Positions 37,320-47,657 of a stretch of 64,000 nt of DNA are shown here, one piece after another; position 1 is the first letter of the stretch; each line of letters begins with the position of its first letter. The stretch spans positions 3,061 to 67,060 of the forward strand of contig JBAYJR010000007.1 in assembly GCA_041665005.1 (NCBI GenBank), read 5' to 3'. Under the pieces are notes generated by a model. That model had not been told where the DNA came from, ran no database searches, and saw only the letters and a list, made by a program, of their open reading frames with translations. Source of the stretch: Candidatus Buchananbacteria bacterium (GTDB lineage: Bacteria; Patescibacteriota; Patescibacteriia; 2-01-FULL-39-33; JBAYJR01). The position numbers and the translations under genes are program-made.

Positions 37320-38339
37320 TTAACCCCTTAAATTCTGCTTAAAATATTTTACCCACGGTAATGCTAGGGGATTAACCTGGTTAAGTTCCGACAAGCTTAA
37401 ACTGAGGTAAAAACTAAACAACAGACCCTCCAAAATCTGCTCTAATTTTTGGGAGCTGCTCAGCTGATATTTTAACGAAACAATTTTTTGTTTGGCTAGA
37501 ACTTTTCTCGTTAGTTCTAAGCGATGTCGATTAATTATAGAATAATTAATAGAATCAAAAAATAAAAATTTAAATTTTTTTACTACCACCGGCGGCTGGC
37601 TTAAACCTTCTAAAAGATGATGGTTTAATTCTGGTAACAACAGATAAACAGCAAATTGTTTGGCAATCTCATTAATTTGATTAGCTAGCGCATGAGCATT
37701 GCCTGATAAAAACTCTGAAGCCACTATTACCACCGGCCGGCCGGCTAATTGCTTAGCATATTTTTTAGCAACATAAAAAATTTGTTGACGTCGTTTATAA
37801 ATATCTTCAGCGCTTTGTCTTATTTCTTGGCTAGTTAGCTTGCTTAGTTTAATTTTTTGTAAAAAAACTAGCTGACTAACAAACATTTGGATTACTCCTA
37901 GGTTCGGCAGCAATGAGGGATTTAACTTTTTATTAACCACATAACTTGGCCAATTATTTTGTTGGGCTAAACTGTTTAATTTACCACCACCACTAATGAC
38001 AAAAACCTTGGCCTTTTTTTGTTTGGCTATTCTAGCTGTTGCTAAAACTTCTTGCGTGTTACCAGAGTAACTACAAATAATTATTAAGGTTTTAGCCTTA
38101 ACAAAGCTTGGTAAATAATAATCATTAATTAAATAAAATGGCAGTTTTAGCTGTTCGGCCAACAAGCTTCTTAGAATATGCCCCGCTAGACCAGAACCAC
38201 CCATACCACAAATTACTACCTGTTCAATTTGCCGATAGTAATTAACCGGGATTTTTAAATTTTTAAAATCTTTGATAATTTCTAGAGTTTGTTGAAAAAA
38301 GTTTTCAATACTAAGTTGCGCAATTTGGTAATTATTCAT
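37320..38339 (-). CDS. Bifunctional phosphoglucose/phosphomannose isomerase (SIS)
   Basis: GMGGSG, SYSGNT.E, NE.AK, PELNHH..EG. Confidence 0.9.
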   Translation of the reverse strand: MNNYQIAQLSIENFFQQTLEIIKDFKNLKIPVNYYRQIEQVVICGMGGSGLAGHILRSLLAEQLKLPFYLINDYYLPSFVKAKTLIIICSYSGNTQEVLATARIAKQKKAKVFVISGGGKLNSLAQQNNWPSYVVNKKLNPSLLPNLGVIQMFVSQLVFLQKIKLSKLTSQEIRQSAEDIYKRRQQIFYVAKKYAKQLAGRPVVIVASEFLSGNAHALANQINEIAKQFAVYLLLPELNHHLLEGLSQPPVVVKKFKFLFFDSINYSIINRHRLELTRKVLAKQKIVSLKYQLSSSQKLEQILEGLLFSFYLSLSLSELNQVNPLALPWVKYFKQNLRG

Positions 38340-38482
38340 AAAATTTAAATAGTCTTAATAAAATATTAGCTTAATTTTAACTCTTTTTAGTAAAAATAAC
38401 AAACCCTCAAAGCTTGATTTTTTTAAATAAAATCAGTATAATTAATCAAGATTTTGTTTATTCCTAACCTTTAAACACTTAT

Positions 38483-39235
38483 ATGTCTGGACATAGTAAA
38501 TGGGCTACTACCCATCGCCAAAAAGAGACTACCGATGCCAAAAAAGGAGCAATTTTTACTAAATTAGCCAACCAAATTACTTTAGCAACCCGCGAAGGAG
38601 GGGCTAATCCCGAAAGCAACTTTAAATTGCGTCTAGCCATTGATAAAGCCCGAACCTCTAACATGCCCAACGACAACGTTGCCCGAGCGATTAAGCGTGG
38701 CTCTGGCGAATTGGCTGGACAAAAATTTGAAGAAGCGGTTTATGAACTAATGGCCCCCGAGGGAGTGGCTATTTTACTGGAGGTTTTGACTGATAACAAG
38801 AATCGAATAATGTCTGACATTAAAAAATTAGCTAATGGCCAAGGATTTAAAATTGCTGAAAGTGGCAGTTTGCTCTGGCAATTTAAAAAACAAGGTGTGC
38901 TAACTTTAGATTTAATAAAAAATTTAAAAACTTTTAAAGTCTTGACGGCAGATAAAATTTCCAAAGAAGAGATGGAGTTGGCTCTAATTGACCTAGGGGC
39001 TGAAGATTTTTCTTGGCAAGAAGAAACCCTAACAATTTACACTAAACCAGAAGAACTAGCCAAAACCAAGCAAGCCTTAGAAAGTGCCGGCTATTTAATT
39101 TCCGAAGCAGAGTTAGAGTTGGTCCCTAATAACCCACTACCTATCTCCGAAGAATTAAAAGAAAAATTGAGTCGTTTTTTCGAGCTTGCTGACGAAAATC
39201 CTGAAATAAACAATTTTTACACTAATGCCGCCTAA
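38483..39235 (+). CDS. yebC: YebC/PmpR family protein
   Basis: MSGHSKW N-terminus, TDN.NR. Confidence 0.95.
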   Translation: MSGHSKWATTHRQKETTDAKKGAIFTKLANQITLATREGGANPESNFKLRLAIDKARTSNMPNDNVARAIKRGSGELAGQKFEEAVYELMAPEGVAILLEVLTDNKNRIMSDIKKLANGQGFKIAESGSLLWQFKKQGVLTLDLIKNLKTFKVLTADKISKEEMELALIDLGAEDFSWQEETLTIYTKPEELAKTKQALESAGYLISEAELELVPNNPLPISEELKEKLSRFFELADENPEINNFYTNAA

Positions 39236-39713
39236 AGAAAGAATAATTTTAGGTATTGACCCTGGCTTGGCCTTGGTTGGCTATGGTCTAATTAAACAAC
39301 AAGGTCAACAAAACAGCTGTTTGGCTTATGGCTGTATTACAACCGAGATCAAGGATGATTCTTTACGACTAGAACAAATTTATCAAGAGTTACAAGTTTT
39401 AATTACTAAATATCAACCAACTCTGGCAGTAGTGGAAAAACTTTACTTTAGTAAAAATACCAAAACCGCCTTAGCGGTCGCCCAGGCTAGAGGAGTAATC
39501 CTGCTAACCCTCAAAAAAAATAATTTAGCACTAATAGAAATAACGCCCCTAGAGGTTAAACAGGCCTTAACGGGCTATGGTCAGGCTAATAAGGGGCAAA
39601 TTCAAAGAATGGTTAAATTGTTATTAAAACTTGCCGCAATCCCCAAACCAGACGATGCCGCCGATGCTTTGGCTTTAGCTTTATATGGTTCAAATTTTAA
39701 ACAACTAATTTAA
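39225..39713 (+). CDS. ruvC: Crossover junction endodeoxyribonuclease RuvC
   Basis: ILGIDPG, ARGV, DD.ADALA. Confidence 0.95.
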   Translation: MPPKERIILGIDPGLALVGYGLIKQQGQQNSCLAYGCITTEIKDDSLRLEQIYQELQVLITKYQPTLAVVEKLYFSKNTKTALAVAQARGVILLTLKKNNLALIEITPLEVKQALTGYGQANKGQIQRMVKLLLKLAAIPKPDDAADALALALYGSNFKQLI

Positions 39714-39717
39714 ACTT

Positions 39718-42252
39718 GTGCCTATTCCTTTTTTAAAAATAAAAAGTTCCACTCCAAGAAACAGCCAAACAATTAAAACAGCTCCTAGAAAACTTAGTTT
39801 TAATAGATCTTTTTTGTTTAAAAAATTATTGCCAATAATTACTTCGATCATTGTAATTGGTTTTTTCTTAGTAATTGCGTTGTTTTTCTATCTCAACAGC
39901 CAATTACCGAGCCCCGAGGGTGTTATTAACCGCCAAACCTCAAATAGTACCACTATCTATGACAAGACCGGTAAAATAGTGCTTTATAGCGTCCACGGAG
40001 GCATTAAACGTATTCCTATCAAACTAACCGACTTACCAGATTATGTTAAATGGGCTTCTATTACCATCGAAGATAAAAACTTCTATCAACACCAGGGAAT
40101 AGACTTAAAAGGAACCCTACGAGCAATTGTTGTGGATATTATTAGTGGCAATAAAGCCCAAGGTGGTTCTTCAATTACTCAGCAATTTATTAAAAACGCG
40201 GTACTAACTTCTGACAAATCCTTTATCCGCAAATTTAAGGAGTGGATTTTGGCTTATCAATTTGAAAAAAAATTCAATAAGGAACAAATTTTAGAGATGT
40301 ACTTTAATGAAATACCTTATGGCTCCGTGGTTTATGGTGTTGAAGCCGCCGCTCAAACATTTTTTAACAAAAGCGCTAAAGATCTAACGGTTTTAGAAGG
40401 CGCCACTTTAGCCGCCTTAGTTCAACGACCAACCTATTTTTCTCCTTATGGTAATAATCGTGAAGAATTAATCAATCGAGCTAAATATATTATTGACCAA
40501 ATGGTAATTAATGGTCATTTGACTAAAACTGACGCCACACAAGCAAAAAAACAGGTATTAAAATTCAAGCCGCGAGAAGAAAATATTTTAGCTCCTCATT
40601 TTGTTATTTACATCAAAGAATTACTAGCTAAAAAATATGGAGAAAACTTTATTGAACAAGAAGGCTTAAAAGTTTACACTACCTTAGATTGGGATTTACA
40701 ACAAAAAGCGGAAAAAATTTTAGCGGAACAAGTAGCTAAAAATACTAAAGACTGGCAAGCCTCTAACGCTTCTTTGGTGGCCTTAGATGCTAAGACCGGA
40801 CAGATTTTGGCTATGGTTGGTTCAGCTGATTATTTTAATGAAAAAATCGACGGCCAAGTTAACGTTGCTTTAAAACCTCGACAACCTGGCTCTTCCTTTA
40901 AGCCAATTGTTTATACTGCAGCCTTTAAAAAAGGTTATACTCTTAATACCGTTTTATTTGATTTGGTTACTAAATTTTTAAATACCGACGGTCAAGACTA
41001 TACCCCACATAATTACGACGGAAAAGAACATGGTCCGGTAACCATCAAACAAGCTTTGGCTGGTTCTTTAAATATCCCGGCCGTTAAAACCATCTACTTA
41101 ACTGGAATTGATAATGTTTTAAATCTGGCCGATGAATTAGGCTATACTACTTTAAAAGATCGTTCGCGCTTTGGCTTGTCTTTGGTTTTGGGCGGTGGCG
41201 AGGTAACTTTATTAGAGCACACTCAAGCCTTTTCGGTCCTAGCTCAAGAAGGTTTATTCCACCCTACCGCGCCGATTCTAAAAATTACCGATAAGCAAGG
41301 TCGAGTTTTGGAAGAATATCAAAAAATCGAAAAAAGTGTTCTAGACCCAGAGATAGCCAGACAAACCACTGATATTTTAGCCGATAATTCTGCTCGCGCC
41401 TATATCTTTGGCGAAAAAAATTATTTAACCTTAGCCGATCGACCAGTCGCTGCCAAAACCGGTACCACGAATAATTTTCGTGACGCCTGGACAATTGGCT
41501 ACACCCCAAGTTATGTTGTGGGGGTTTGGGTTGGTAACAGCGATAACCAAGAAATGAAAGCCGGGGCTGATGGCTCTAAAATTGCCGCACCAATTTGGCA
41601 AAAAACAATGACTGAGTTAGTAAAAAACACGACAATTGAGCCTTTTACCTCTTCAACCCCAATTATTACTAATAAACCTGTACTCGATGGACAAATTGGC
41701 GTTAGTGAAATAGTAAAAATTGACAAAGCCTCAAAAAAATTAGCCACTGAATTAACTCCCGTCTCTTTTATTGAAGAAAAAAAATACCAAGAAGTACATG
41801 ATATTTTGTACTACGTGAACAAAGATGATCCTCGAGGCGCCCAACCGAGTAATCCTACCGACGATCCCCAATATTTACGTTGGGAAGAGCCAGTGCAAAA
41901 CTGGGCTAACCAACAAAATTATTTAACCAATGGCGAACAATCACCAACACAACTTGACGATTTACACACTCTTGCCAACCAGCCAAGCCTAGAAATTATT
42001 AACCCCACCAGCAATAGTACTATTAAGGATGATTATTTAAACATCCAACTTAATACCTCTGCTCCTCGAGGAATCTATCGTTTAGAATTTTATTTAGATA
42101 ATACTCTAGTTAAAACTTATAATGGACTAATTAACAACCAACAACTCAATCTAACAAACTTAGTTAATAATTTTCATACCTTAAAAATTAAAAGCTTTGA
42201 TGATATTGATAATTCTAAAGAGGTTAGTGTTGATTTTAATTTACTCCGGTAA
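39718..42252 (+). CDS. Class A penicillin-binding protein with C-terminal Ig-like domain
   Basis: EDKNFY.H.G, GGSSITQQ, SSFK, S.N, KTGT. Confidence 0.95.
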   Translation: MPIPFLKIKSSTPRNSQTIKTAPRKLSFNRSFLFKKLLPIITSIIVIGFFLVIALFFYLNSQLPSPEGVINRQTSNSTTIYDKTGKIVLYSVHGGIKRIPIKLTDLPDYVKWASITIEDKNFYQHQGIDLKGTLRAIVVDIISGNKAQGGSSITQQFIKNAVLTSDKSFIRKFKEWILAYQFEKKFNKEQILEMYFNEIPYGSVVYGVEAAAQTFFNKSAKDLTVLEGATLAALVQRPTYFSPYGNNREELINRAKYIIDQMVINGHLTKTDATQAKKQVLKFKPREENILAPHFVIYIKELLAKKYGENFIEQEGLKVYTTLDWDLQQKAEKILAEQVAKNTKDWQASNASLVALDAKTGQILAMVGSADYFNEKIDGQVNVALKPRQPGSSFKPIVYTAAFKKGYTLNTVLFDLVTKFLNTDGQDYTPHNYDGKEHGPVTIKQALAGSLNIPAVKTIYLTGIDNVLNLADELGYTTLKDRSRFGLSLVLGGGEVTLLEHTQAFSVLAQEGLFHPTAPILKITDKQGRVLEEYQKIEKSVLDPEIARQTTDILADNSARAYIFGEKNYLTLADRPVAAKTGTTNNFRDAWTIGYTPSYVVGVWVGNSDNQEMKAGADGSKIAAPIWQKTMTELVKNTTIEPFTSSTPIITNKPVLDGQIGVSEIVKIDKASKKLATELTPVSFIEEKKYQEVHDILYYVNKDDPRGAQPSNPTDDPQYLRWEEPVQNWANQQNYLTNGEQSPTQLDDLHTLANQPSLEIINPTSNSTIKDDYLNIQLNTSAPRGIYRLEFYLDNTLVKTYNGLINNQQLNLTNLVNNFHTLKIKSFDDIDNSKEVSVDFNLLR

Positions 42253-42300
42253 AAAAGTAACTATAAAAAAATCCCCACTCGGTGGGGATTTTTTAGCCCT

Positions 42301-43437
42301 TTATTGTTTAATTGGCATTACTATATATAAATATTCCTTGCCTTTGCGGGGTTTTATTGCTATTGGATTAACTGGTTCATTAATTTCGATAACCACCTGA
42401 TTAGTATTTAAACTCTGTAACCCGTCTAAAACGTAACGAAAATTAACTACTACATTATTATCCTCACCATTTATTTCCGACAAAATATTGGTGGTGTTTT
42501 CTCCCGTTTGAGTGTTGCTGGCCGAAATTACCGTCTCTTTGTTTGTTTTATTAAATTCTAGTTTAATGTCATAAATTCCTGATTTAGTAAACAAACTTAC
42601 GGCCTTTACTTTTTTTATTAACTCATTAGTTTCAATTACTACTTGGGTTTTGTAGGTTTGTGGAATAATCTGTTTGTAATCTGGGTATTGACCTTCAATA
42701 ATCCGTGAAACTAAATCAATATTATTATAAGAAAAAAGAATTTGATTTTCGGTTAAATAAATCTCTAAATTATTATTTTCTTCAACCAACACTTCATCTT
42801 TTAAAATCGATAAAATTCGAGCTAGCTCTTGCAGGGTTTTAGTTGGTACGATTACTGTTTGCTCTTGTTCACCACCACTTTTAGTTAAACTTATTTTTCT
42901 TTCCGCTAAACGATAACTATCGGTAGCCGCTAAAGTTATTTTTTTCTCTTGGGGGTTAAAGTTTAAATAAACCCCGGAAATTTCTGGACGAGTTTCAGCT
43001 AAAGAAACAGCAAAAATAACATCCGCTACTGCTTCTCTAAAATCGCTAACTTGGCAAATAAACGGGGTGGTTTTGGTAATTTGGGGGATTAAAGGAAATT
43101 CGGTCGCCGGCAAGCCTTTTATTTTAGTTTTATAATTTTTAGCCTCAATTTGTAGAGAAGTGTCTTTTAAAGTCAAATCAATTTTATCATTTGGTAAAAG
43201 GGATAAAAAATCAGAAAATAATTTAGCGTCAACAGTAAATTCACCTTCTTGCTCAATTTTGGCTCGCACTAAACAAGAAACGCCTATTTCTAAATTAGTG
43301 CTAATTAGCTTTAAATTTTTATCCTCTATTTTTAATAAAACATTAGATAAAATTGGTAGGTTGGTATTTTTAGTAGCTAGATGACTAACTACTTGTAAAC
43401 CTTGATAAAGATTTTCTTGAATGCAGGAAAATTTCAT
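42301..43437 (-). CDS. dnaN: DNA polymerase III beta clamp
   Basis: TDSYRL, G.YPDY, C-terminal MPI. Confidence 0.97.
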   Translation of the reverse strand: MKFSCIQENLYQGLQVVSHLATKNTNLPILSNVLLKIEDKNLKLISTNLEIGVSCLVRAKIEQEGEFTVDAKLFSDFLSLLPNDKIDLTLKDTSLQIEAKNYKTKIKGLPATEFPLIPQITKTTPFICQVSDFREAVADVIFAVSLAETRPEISGVYLNFNPQEKKITLAATDSYRLAERKISLTKSGGEQEQTVIVPTKTLQELARILSILKDEVLVEENNNLEIYLTENQILFSYNNIDLVSRIIEGQYPDYKQIIPQTYKTQVVIETNELIKKVKAVSLFTKSGIYDIKLEFNKTNKETVISASNTQTGENTTNILSEINGEDNNVVVNFRYVLDGLQSLNTNQVVIEINEPVNPIAIKPRKGKEYLYIVMPIKQ

Positions 43438-43439
43438 AT

Positions 43440-43673
43440 TATTATAATTAAATTAAGTAATAAATAAATATAGTAATAGTAATAAGCGGTGGGGATATGT
43501 GTAAAACTTTTTTTAAGCAGTAACGACGGAACTAAAAACGAAAAGGGTAAGGGGAAAAGTGTTTGATAGTTTAGGGGAATAAATGTTTTTTAAAAACTTT
43601 TTTTAAAAAAATAATTTTTTTATTTTTTTATACTCTGTTAAAACACTAGATATCAACAAGGGGGTGGGGAAAA
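43440..43673. other. oriC (dnaA-dnaN intergenic unwinding region)
   Basis: Degenerate DnaA boxes, CCGC spacer, TTA/CTA trio repeats 43471-43485, AT-rich tract; visible C-rich to G-rich switch. Confidence 0.75.
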
Positions 43674-45032
43674 CTAAATATTATATAATCGCTGCTTGAT
43701 CAGATTAACATCTTGAGCTAGTTTAGCATCATTATCTATTCCTAAATGAATTTTTTCATAAGCATGGATGGCAGTAGTGTGGTCGCGACCACCAAATTCT
43801 AAACCAATTGAAGGATAGGAAGTTTTTAATTCCTCGCGCATTAGATACATAGCAATTTGTCGGGGCCCGGCTAGGTGTTTTTTTCGAGAAGGACTGTTTA
43901 GATCTTCTAGTTTTAAATCAAAGTACTCGGCCACGGTGGAAATTATTTTTTTGGTGGTTAAGGATTTTTTGGGGGAGGCTGAAGCAATGGTACTGAGAAT
44001 TGGTTTAATTGTTTCTAGGGTTGGTTCCAGGTTATTCAATTGATGATAGGCAATAATACGGTTAAGCGCACCTTCTAGTTCTCGGATGTTGTTTTGAATG
44101 ATATTAGCCACATAATTAATAATTTCTGAGGACAAGAGGTAGTTTTTTTCTCGGCATTTACTATCTAAAATGGCAATTCTAGTTTCTAAATTAGGGGAAT
44201 TTACGTCAGCAATCATACCCCATTCAAAGCGAGAAACCAGACGATGTTCAAGAGATTGAATGGCTTTGGGGGGGCGATCAGAAGAAATAATGATTTGTTT
44301 GTTAATTTGGTGTAAGGCGTTAAAGGTATGAAAGAATTCTTCTTGTGTACCTTCTTTACCAGCGAGAAATTGAATGTCATCAATTAACAAAACGTCAACG
44401 TTGCGATATTTTTCTTTAAAACTTTCAGCTCGGCCTTGTGAAATAGCATTAATAAAGTCATTGGTGAATTTTTCACAAGAAACATAAAGAATTTTTTTAG
44501 TTGGAAATTTTTTTAAAATTTCGTTACTAATGGCGTGTAGTAAATGAGTTTTGCCTAAGCCTACTCCGCCATAAATAAATAGCGGATTGTAGGTTTCGCC
44601 CGGCTTTTGTGTTACCGCTTGCGCGGCGGCCGCGGCTAATTCATTATTTTTACCGATAATAAAGCTAGCAAAGGTATATTTGGCGCTAATGCCAAATTGG
44701 TTAATTGGTTCGGGTTTGTCGGCTTTAATAACAACCTGATTTAAAGCCTGCTCTTTAACAATTGGTGTTAAAATAGCTTCCCGTAAAAGTTCTATTTTAT
44801 AGACAACACTTTTTATTTCGTTATTACTAACATTTTTTAAAGATTTTAAAATGTGGGGGTGGTATTTTTTCTCAAACCAAGCCTTAGTAAAGGCATTTGG
44901 TACCGCGACGGTAAGGTGTCCGGTTTCATTACTGATTATAAAAGTGTTTTTAAACCAGGTAGTAAAACTGGCTTTTGATAGAGAAAGTTCTAGTTCTCCT
45001 AAGGCGGCTTGCCAAAGTTGTTGGTTGTTCAT
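43674..45032 (-). CDS. dnaA: Chromosomal replication initiator DnaA
   Basis: NPLFIYGGVGLGKTHL, LIDDIQF, GGRDHTT. Confidence 0.99.
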   Translation of the reverse strand: MNNQQLWQAALGELELSLSKASFTTWFKNTFIISNETGHLTVAVPNAFTKAWFEKKYHPHILKSLKNVSNNEIKSVVYKIELLREAILTPIVKEQALNQVVIKADKPEPINQFGISAKYTFASFIIGKNNELAAAAAQAVTQKPGETYNPLFIYGGVGLGKTHLLHAISNEILKKFPTKKILYVSCEKFTNDFINAISQGRAESFKEKYRNVDVLLIDDIQFLAGKEGTQEEFFHTFNALHQINKQIIISSDRPPKAIQSLEHRLVSRFEWGMIADVNSPNLETRIAILDSKCREKNYLLSSEIINYVANIIQNNIRELEGALNRIIAYHQLNNLEPTLETIKPILSTIASASPKKSLTTKKIISTVAEYFDLKLEDLNSPSRKKHLAGPRQIAMYLMREELKTSYPSIGLEFGGRDHTTAIHAYEKIHLGIDNDAKLAQDVNLIKQRLYNI

Positions 45033-45098
45033 AATTTTTTCTGGCTGTGAATTATTTTATTTTTATTCTAGTGCTAATATTTTAGCACAGAAGTTAAA

Positions 45099-45138
45099 TT
45101 GTCCACAGGGCTGGTCAAAGAGGATAAATTGTGGACAA
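45099..45138. promoter_or_regulatory. Inverted pair of DnaA boxes upstream of dnaA
   Basis: TTGTCCACA (45099-45107) and its reverse complement (45130-45138). Confidence 0.75.
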
Positions 45139-45232
45139 AGGGTTAATAAAATCTAATTAAAATATAAAACCTCGTTGACAAAATTGTAATTTTCTTATAT
45201 TATTAAGGTTATAAAAGTTAAATTATATTTCT

Positions 45233-45370
45233 ATGCCCAAAAGAACTTATCAGCCAAAAAAGAGACGTCGCGCCAAAAGACACGGTTTTCGCGAACGAAT
45301 GTTTACTAAGACCGGCCGTCGCGTGTTGAAGTCTCGTCGTGCCAAAGGTCGCAAAAGCCTAACTGTTTAA
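45233..45370 (+). CDS. rpmH: 50S ribosomal protein L34 (absent from ORF track)
   Basis: [45 protein letters not shown]. Confidence 0.97.
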   Translation: MPKRTYQPKKRRRAKRHGFRERMFTKTGRRVLKSRRAKGRKSLTV

Positions 45371-45372
45371 TT

Positions 45373-45714
45373 ATGATTAGGCGCGCTAATCGCCTGCATC
45401 TTAGCCAAGATATTGCCCGGGTTTTGCGTTATGGCAAAAGTTCGGTTAATTCTAGCTTAACCCTAAAAGTTCTAGCTAATCAGCAAGCACAAGCTCGTTT
45501 TACGATAATTATTTCAACTAAGGTTTCTAAAAAAGCGGTGGTGCGTAACAAAATCAAAAGATGGTTACGGGAGGTAATAAAACAAGAAATGGAATTATTG
45601 AAATCAGCTAATGATTTAGTAATTATTGTTAAGCCAGGCATTAAAGAGCTAAAAGATTATTTGGCAGTTAAGGAAGTGGTAATTGAAGTTTTGGCCAAAG
45701 CTAAACTATTATGA
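45373..45714 (+). CDS. rnpA: RNase P protein component
   Basis: K...KAVVRNKIKR.LRE (RNR motif), synteny. Confidence 0.92.
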   Translation: MIRRANRLHLSQDIARVLRYGKSSVNSSLTLKVLANQQAQARFTIIISTKVSKKAVVRNKIKRWLREVIKQEMELLKSANDLVIIVKPGIKELKDYLAVKEVVIEVLAKAKLL

Positions 45715-45962
45715 AGAATTTTAATCAAGTACTAGTTTATTTTTCTTTAAAATTAATTGAGTTTTATCAAAAAACCTTGTCTGGCGATCACGGGGTGTTG
45801 AAGTTTTTGTTTCCTTTTGGGGTTTGTCGTTTTCGTCCAACCTGTTCGGAATACGCCAGCCAGGCGTTAATAAAGTATGGTTTTTGGTGGGGTTGGTCTA
45901 AGGCTTTTGGTAGAATTTTGCGTTGTAATCCTTTTAGTCAGGGCGGTTGGGATGCCCCTTAA
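45711..45962 (+). CDS. yidD: Membrane protein insertion efficiency factor
   Basis: CRFRPTCSEY...RILRCNP...GG.D. Confidence 0.95.
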   Translation: MKNFNQVLVYFSLKLIEFYQKTLSGDHGVLKFLFPFGVCRFRPTCSEYASQALIKYGFWWGWSKAFGRILRCNPFSQGGWDAP

Positions 45963-45972
45963 TTATTTATTT

Positions 45973-46707
45973 ATGATTAGTGAGCTATTTTTTGCAGTTT
46001 TTTATCAACCGATGTTTAATTTGTTGGTATTTTTTTATAATATAATTGGTAAAGATTTGGGTTTGGCGATTATTTTAATCACTATTTTATTAAAAATAAT
46101 CACTTATCCTTTAAATAGTCGAGCGCTTAAATCACAAAAGGCCCTGCAACAAATTCAGCCAAAAATCAATGAGTTGAAGGTCAAGCATAAAGGAGATAGT
46201 ACGGGCTTGTCGCAGGCGATTATGGGGTTGTATAAGGAAGAAAAAGTAAACCCCGCCTCTTCTTGTTTGCCTTTATTAATTCAATTACCATTTTTAATTG
46301 CCATTTATCGGGTGTTTAGTTTTGGCATTACCAAAGTTGATAGTTTAAAAGATTTATATTCTTTTGTTCATAATCCCGGGATCTTGCAAAACGTTAGTTT
46401 TGGTTTTTTGGATCTAGCACAAAGAAACGTTGTCTTAGCGATTTTGGCCGCAGCCGCTACTTTTTGGCAAGTCAAAATGTTGCCCCAACCCAAACCAGCG
46501 AATATTAATGGATCAAAAGACGAGGATATGGCAGCGATGATGAATAAGCAGATGGTTTATTTAATGCCAGCTATGACTTTATTTATTGCAATTTCTTTAC
46601 CGGCGGGGCTTTCTTTATATTGGTTGGTTATGACTTTGCTGCAGGTAGCGCAACAGTGGTATGTCTTTAAAAAACAAGAAAACACTACCACGGCGGTAGT
46701 TAAATAA
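45973..46707 (+). CDS. yidC: YidC/Oxa1 membrane insertase (short form)
   Basis: SCLPLLIQLP, PAGL.LYW. Confidence 0.95.
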   Translation: MISELFFAVFYQPMFNLLVFFYNIIGKDLGLAIILITILLKIITYPLNSRALKSQKALQQIQPKINELKVKHKGDSTGLSQAIMGLYKEEKVNPASSCLPLLIQLPFLIAIYRVFSFGITKVDSLKDLYSFVHNPGILQNVSFGFLDLAQRNVVLAILAAAATFWQVKMLPQPKPANINGSKDEDMAAMMNKQMVYLMPAMTLFIAISLPAGLSLYWLVMTLLQVAQQWYVFKKQENTTTAVVK

Positions 46708-46709
46708 AT

Positions 46710-46991
46710 ATGTTAGCAACTAAGGAGATAATTGGCTTACCGGTTTATACGCAAACTCGCCAATACTTAGGTCGGGTAATTAAAATAATTTTAGACCAAC
46801 AGACACAAACGCCTCAGCAATATGTAGTTAGAAAAACTGGCTGGCTAAAAACATTAGTTAAAAATTCGTTAATTATCAACCAACAACAAGTGGTTTCCAT
46901 TACCTCTGAAGAAATGATCGTGGTTGATACTACTACGCCGATTCCGGTGGCAACCGAGATTAAGTTGGCTTCAGAATCTTTTGCTAAATAG
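46710..46991 (+). CDS. PRC-barrel domain protein
   Basis: IIGLPVYT.....LGRV. Confidence 0.8.
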   Translation: MLATKEIIGLPVYTQTRQYLGRVIKIILDQQTQTPQQYVVRKTGWLKTLVKNSLIINQQQVVSITSEEMIVVDTTTPIPVATEIKLASESFAK

Positions 46992-47058
46992 TAAAATTAA
47001 AAACGTCCCTTTAGGGACGTTTTTGGTTGGCTATTTTTCTTGGTTTGTGTTGGAATTG

Positions 47059-47640
47059 TCATTTGGTCTTTACAATATAATCTACTAAACCATATTTTAC
47101 AGCTTCTTCGGCAGTCATCCAAAAATCTCGGTCAGTGTCATTCTCAATTTTTTTTAAGGGTTGGCCAGTTTGCTTGGCTAAAATTTTATTAAGACGATCT
47201 TTGAGTTTTAAAATGTGTCTAGCAGAAATATCTACATCTTTGGCTTGTCCTTCAGCTCCGCCCATTACTTGATGAATTAATACTTCGGAATTAGGTAAAA
47301 TAAAACGCTTACCTTTTTGACCGGCTGATAGTAAAACCGCGCCCATACTTGAGGCCATGCCAACGCCAATAGTAGAGACGTCCGCCTTGAGGTGTTGTAT
47401 AGTGTCGTAAATTGCCAAGCCGGCCGAAACGGAACCGCCTGGAGAATTGATATAAAGTTTAATATCTTTTTTGGTATCTTCATTGTCCAAAAACAACAAT
47501 TGAGCCACAATAATATTAGCCAAATTATCATCAATTGGTCCGCTTAGCATAATGATACGATCTTTAAGTAAGCGCGAATAAATATCATAAGCGCGTTCAC
47601 CAGATTGAGATTTCTCGATTACAGTTGGGATTAAGTACAT
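47059..47640 (-). CDS. clpP: ATP-dependent Clp protease proteolytic subunit
   Basis: DIYSRLL..RII, YINSPGG, ASSMG, IHQ. Confidence 0.98.
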   Translation of the reverse strand: MYLIPTVIEKSQSGERAYDIYSRLLKDRIIMLSGPIDDNLANIIVAQLLFLDNEDTKKDIKLYINSPGGSVSAGLAIYDTIQHLKADVSTIGVGMASSMGAVLLSAGQKGKRFILPNSEVLIHQVMGGAEGQAKDVDISARHILKLKDRLNKILAKQTGQPLKKIENDTDRDFWMTAEEAVKYGLVDYIVKTK

Positions 47641-47657
47641 AGTTTTTGGTTAATTTT

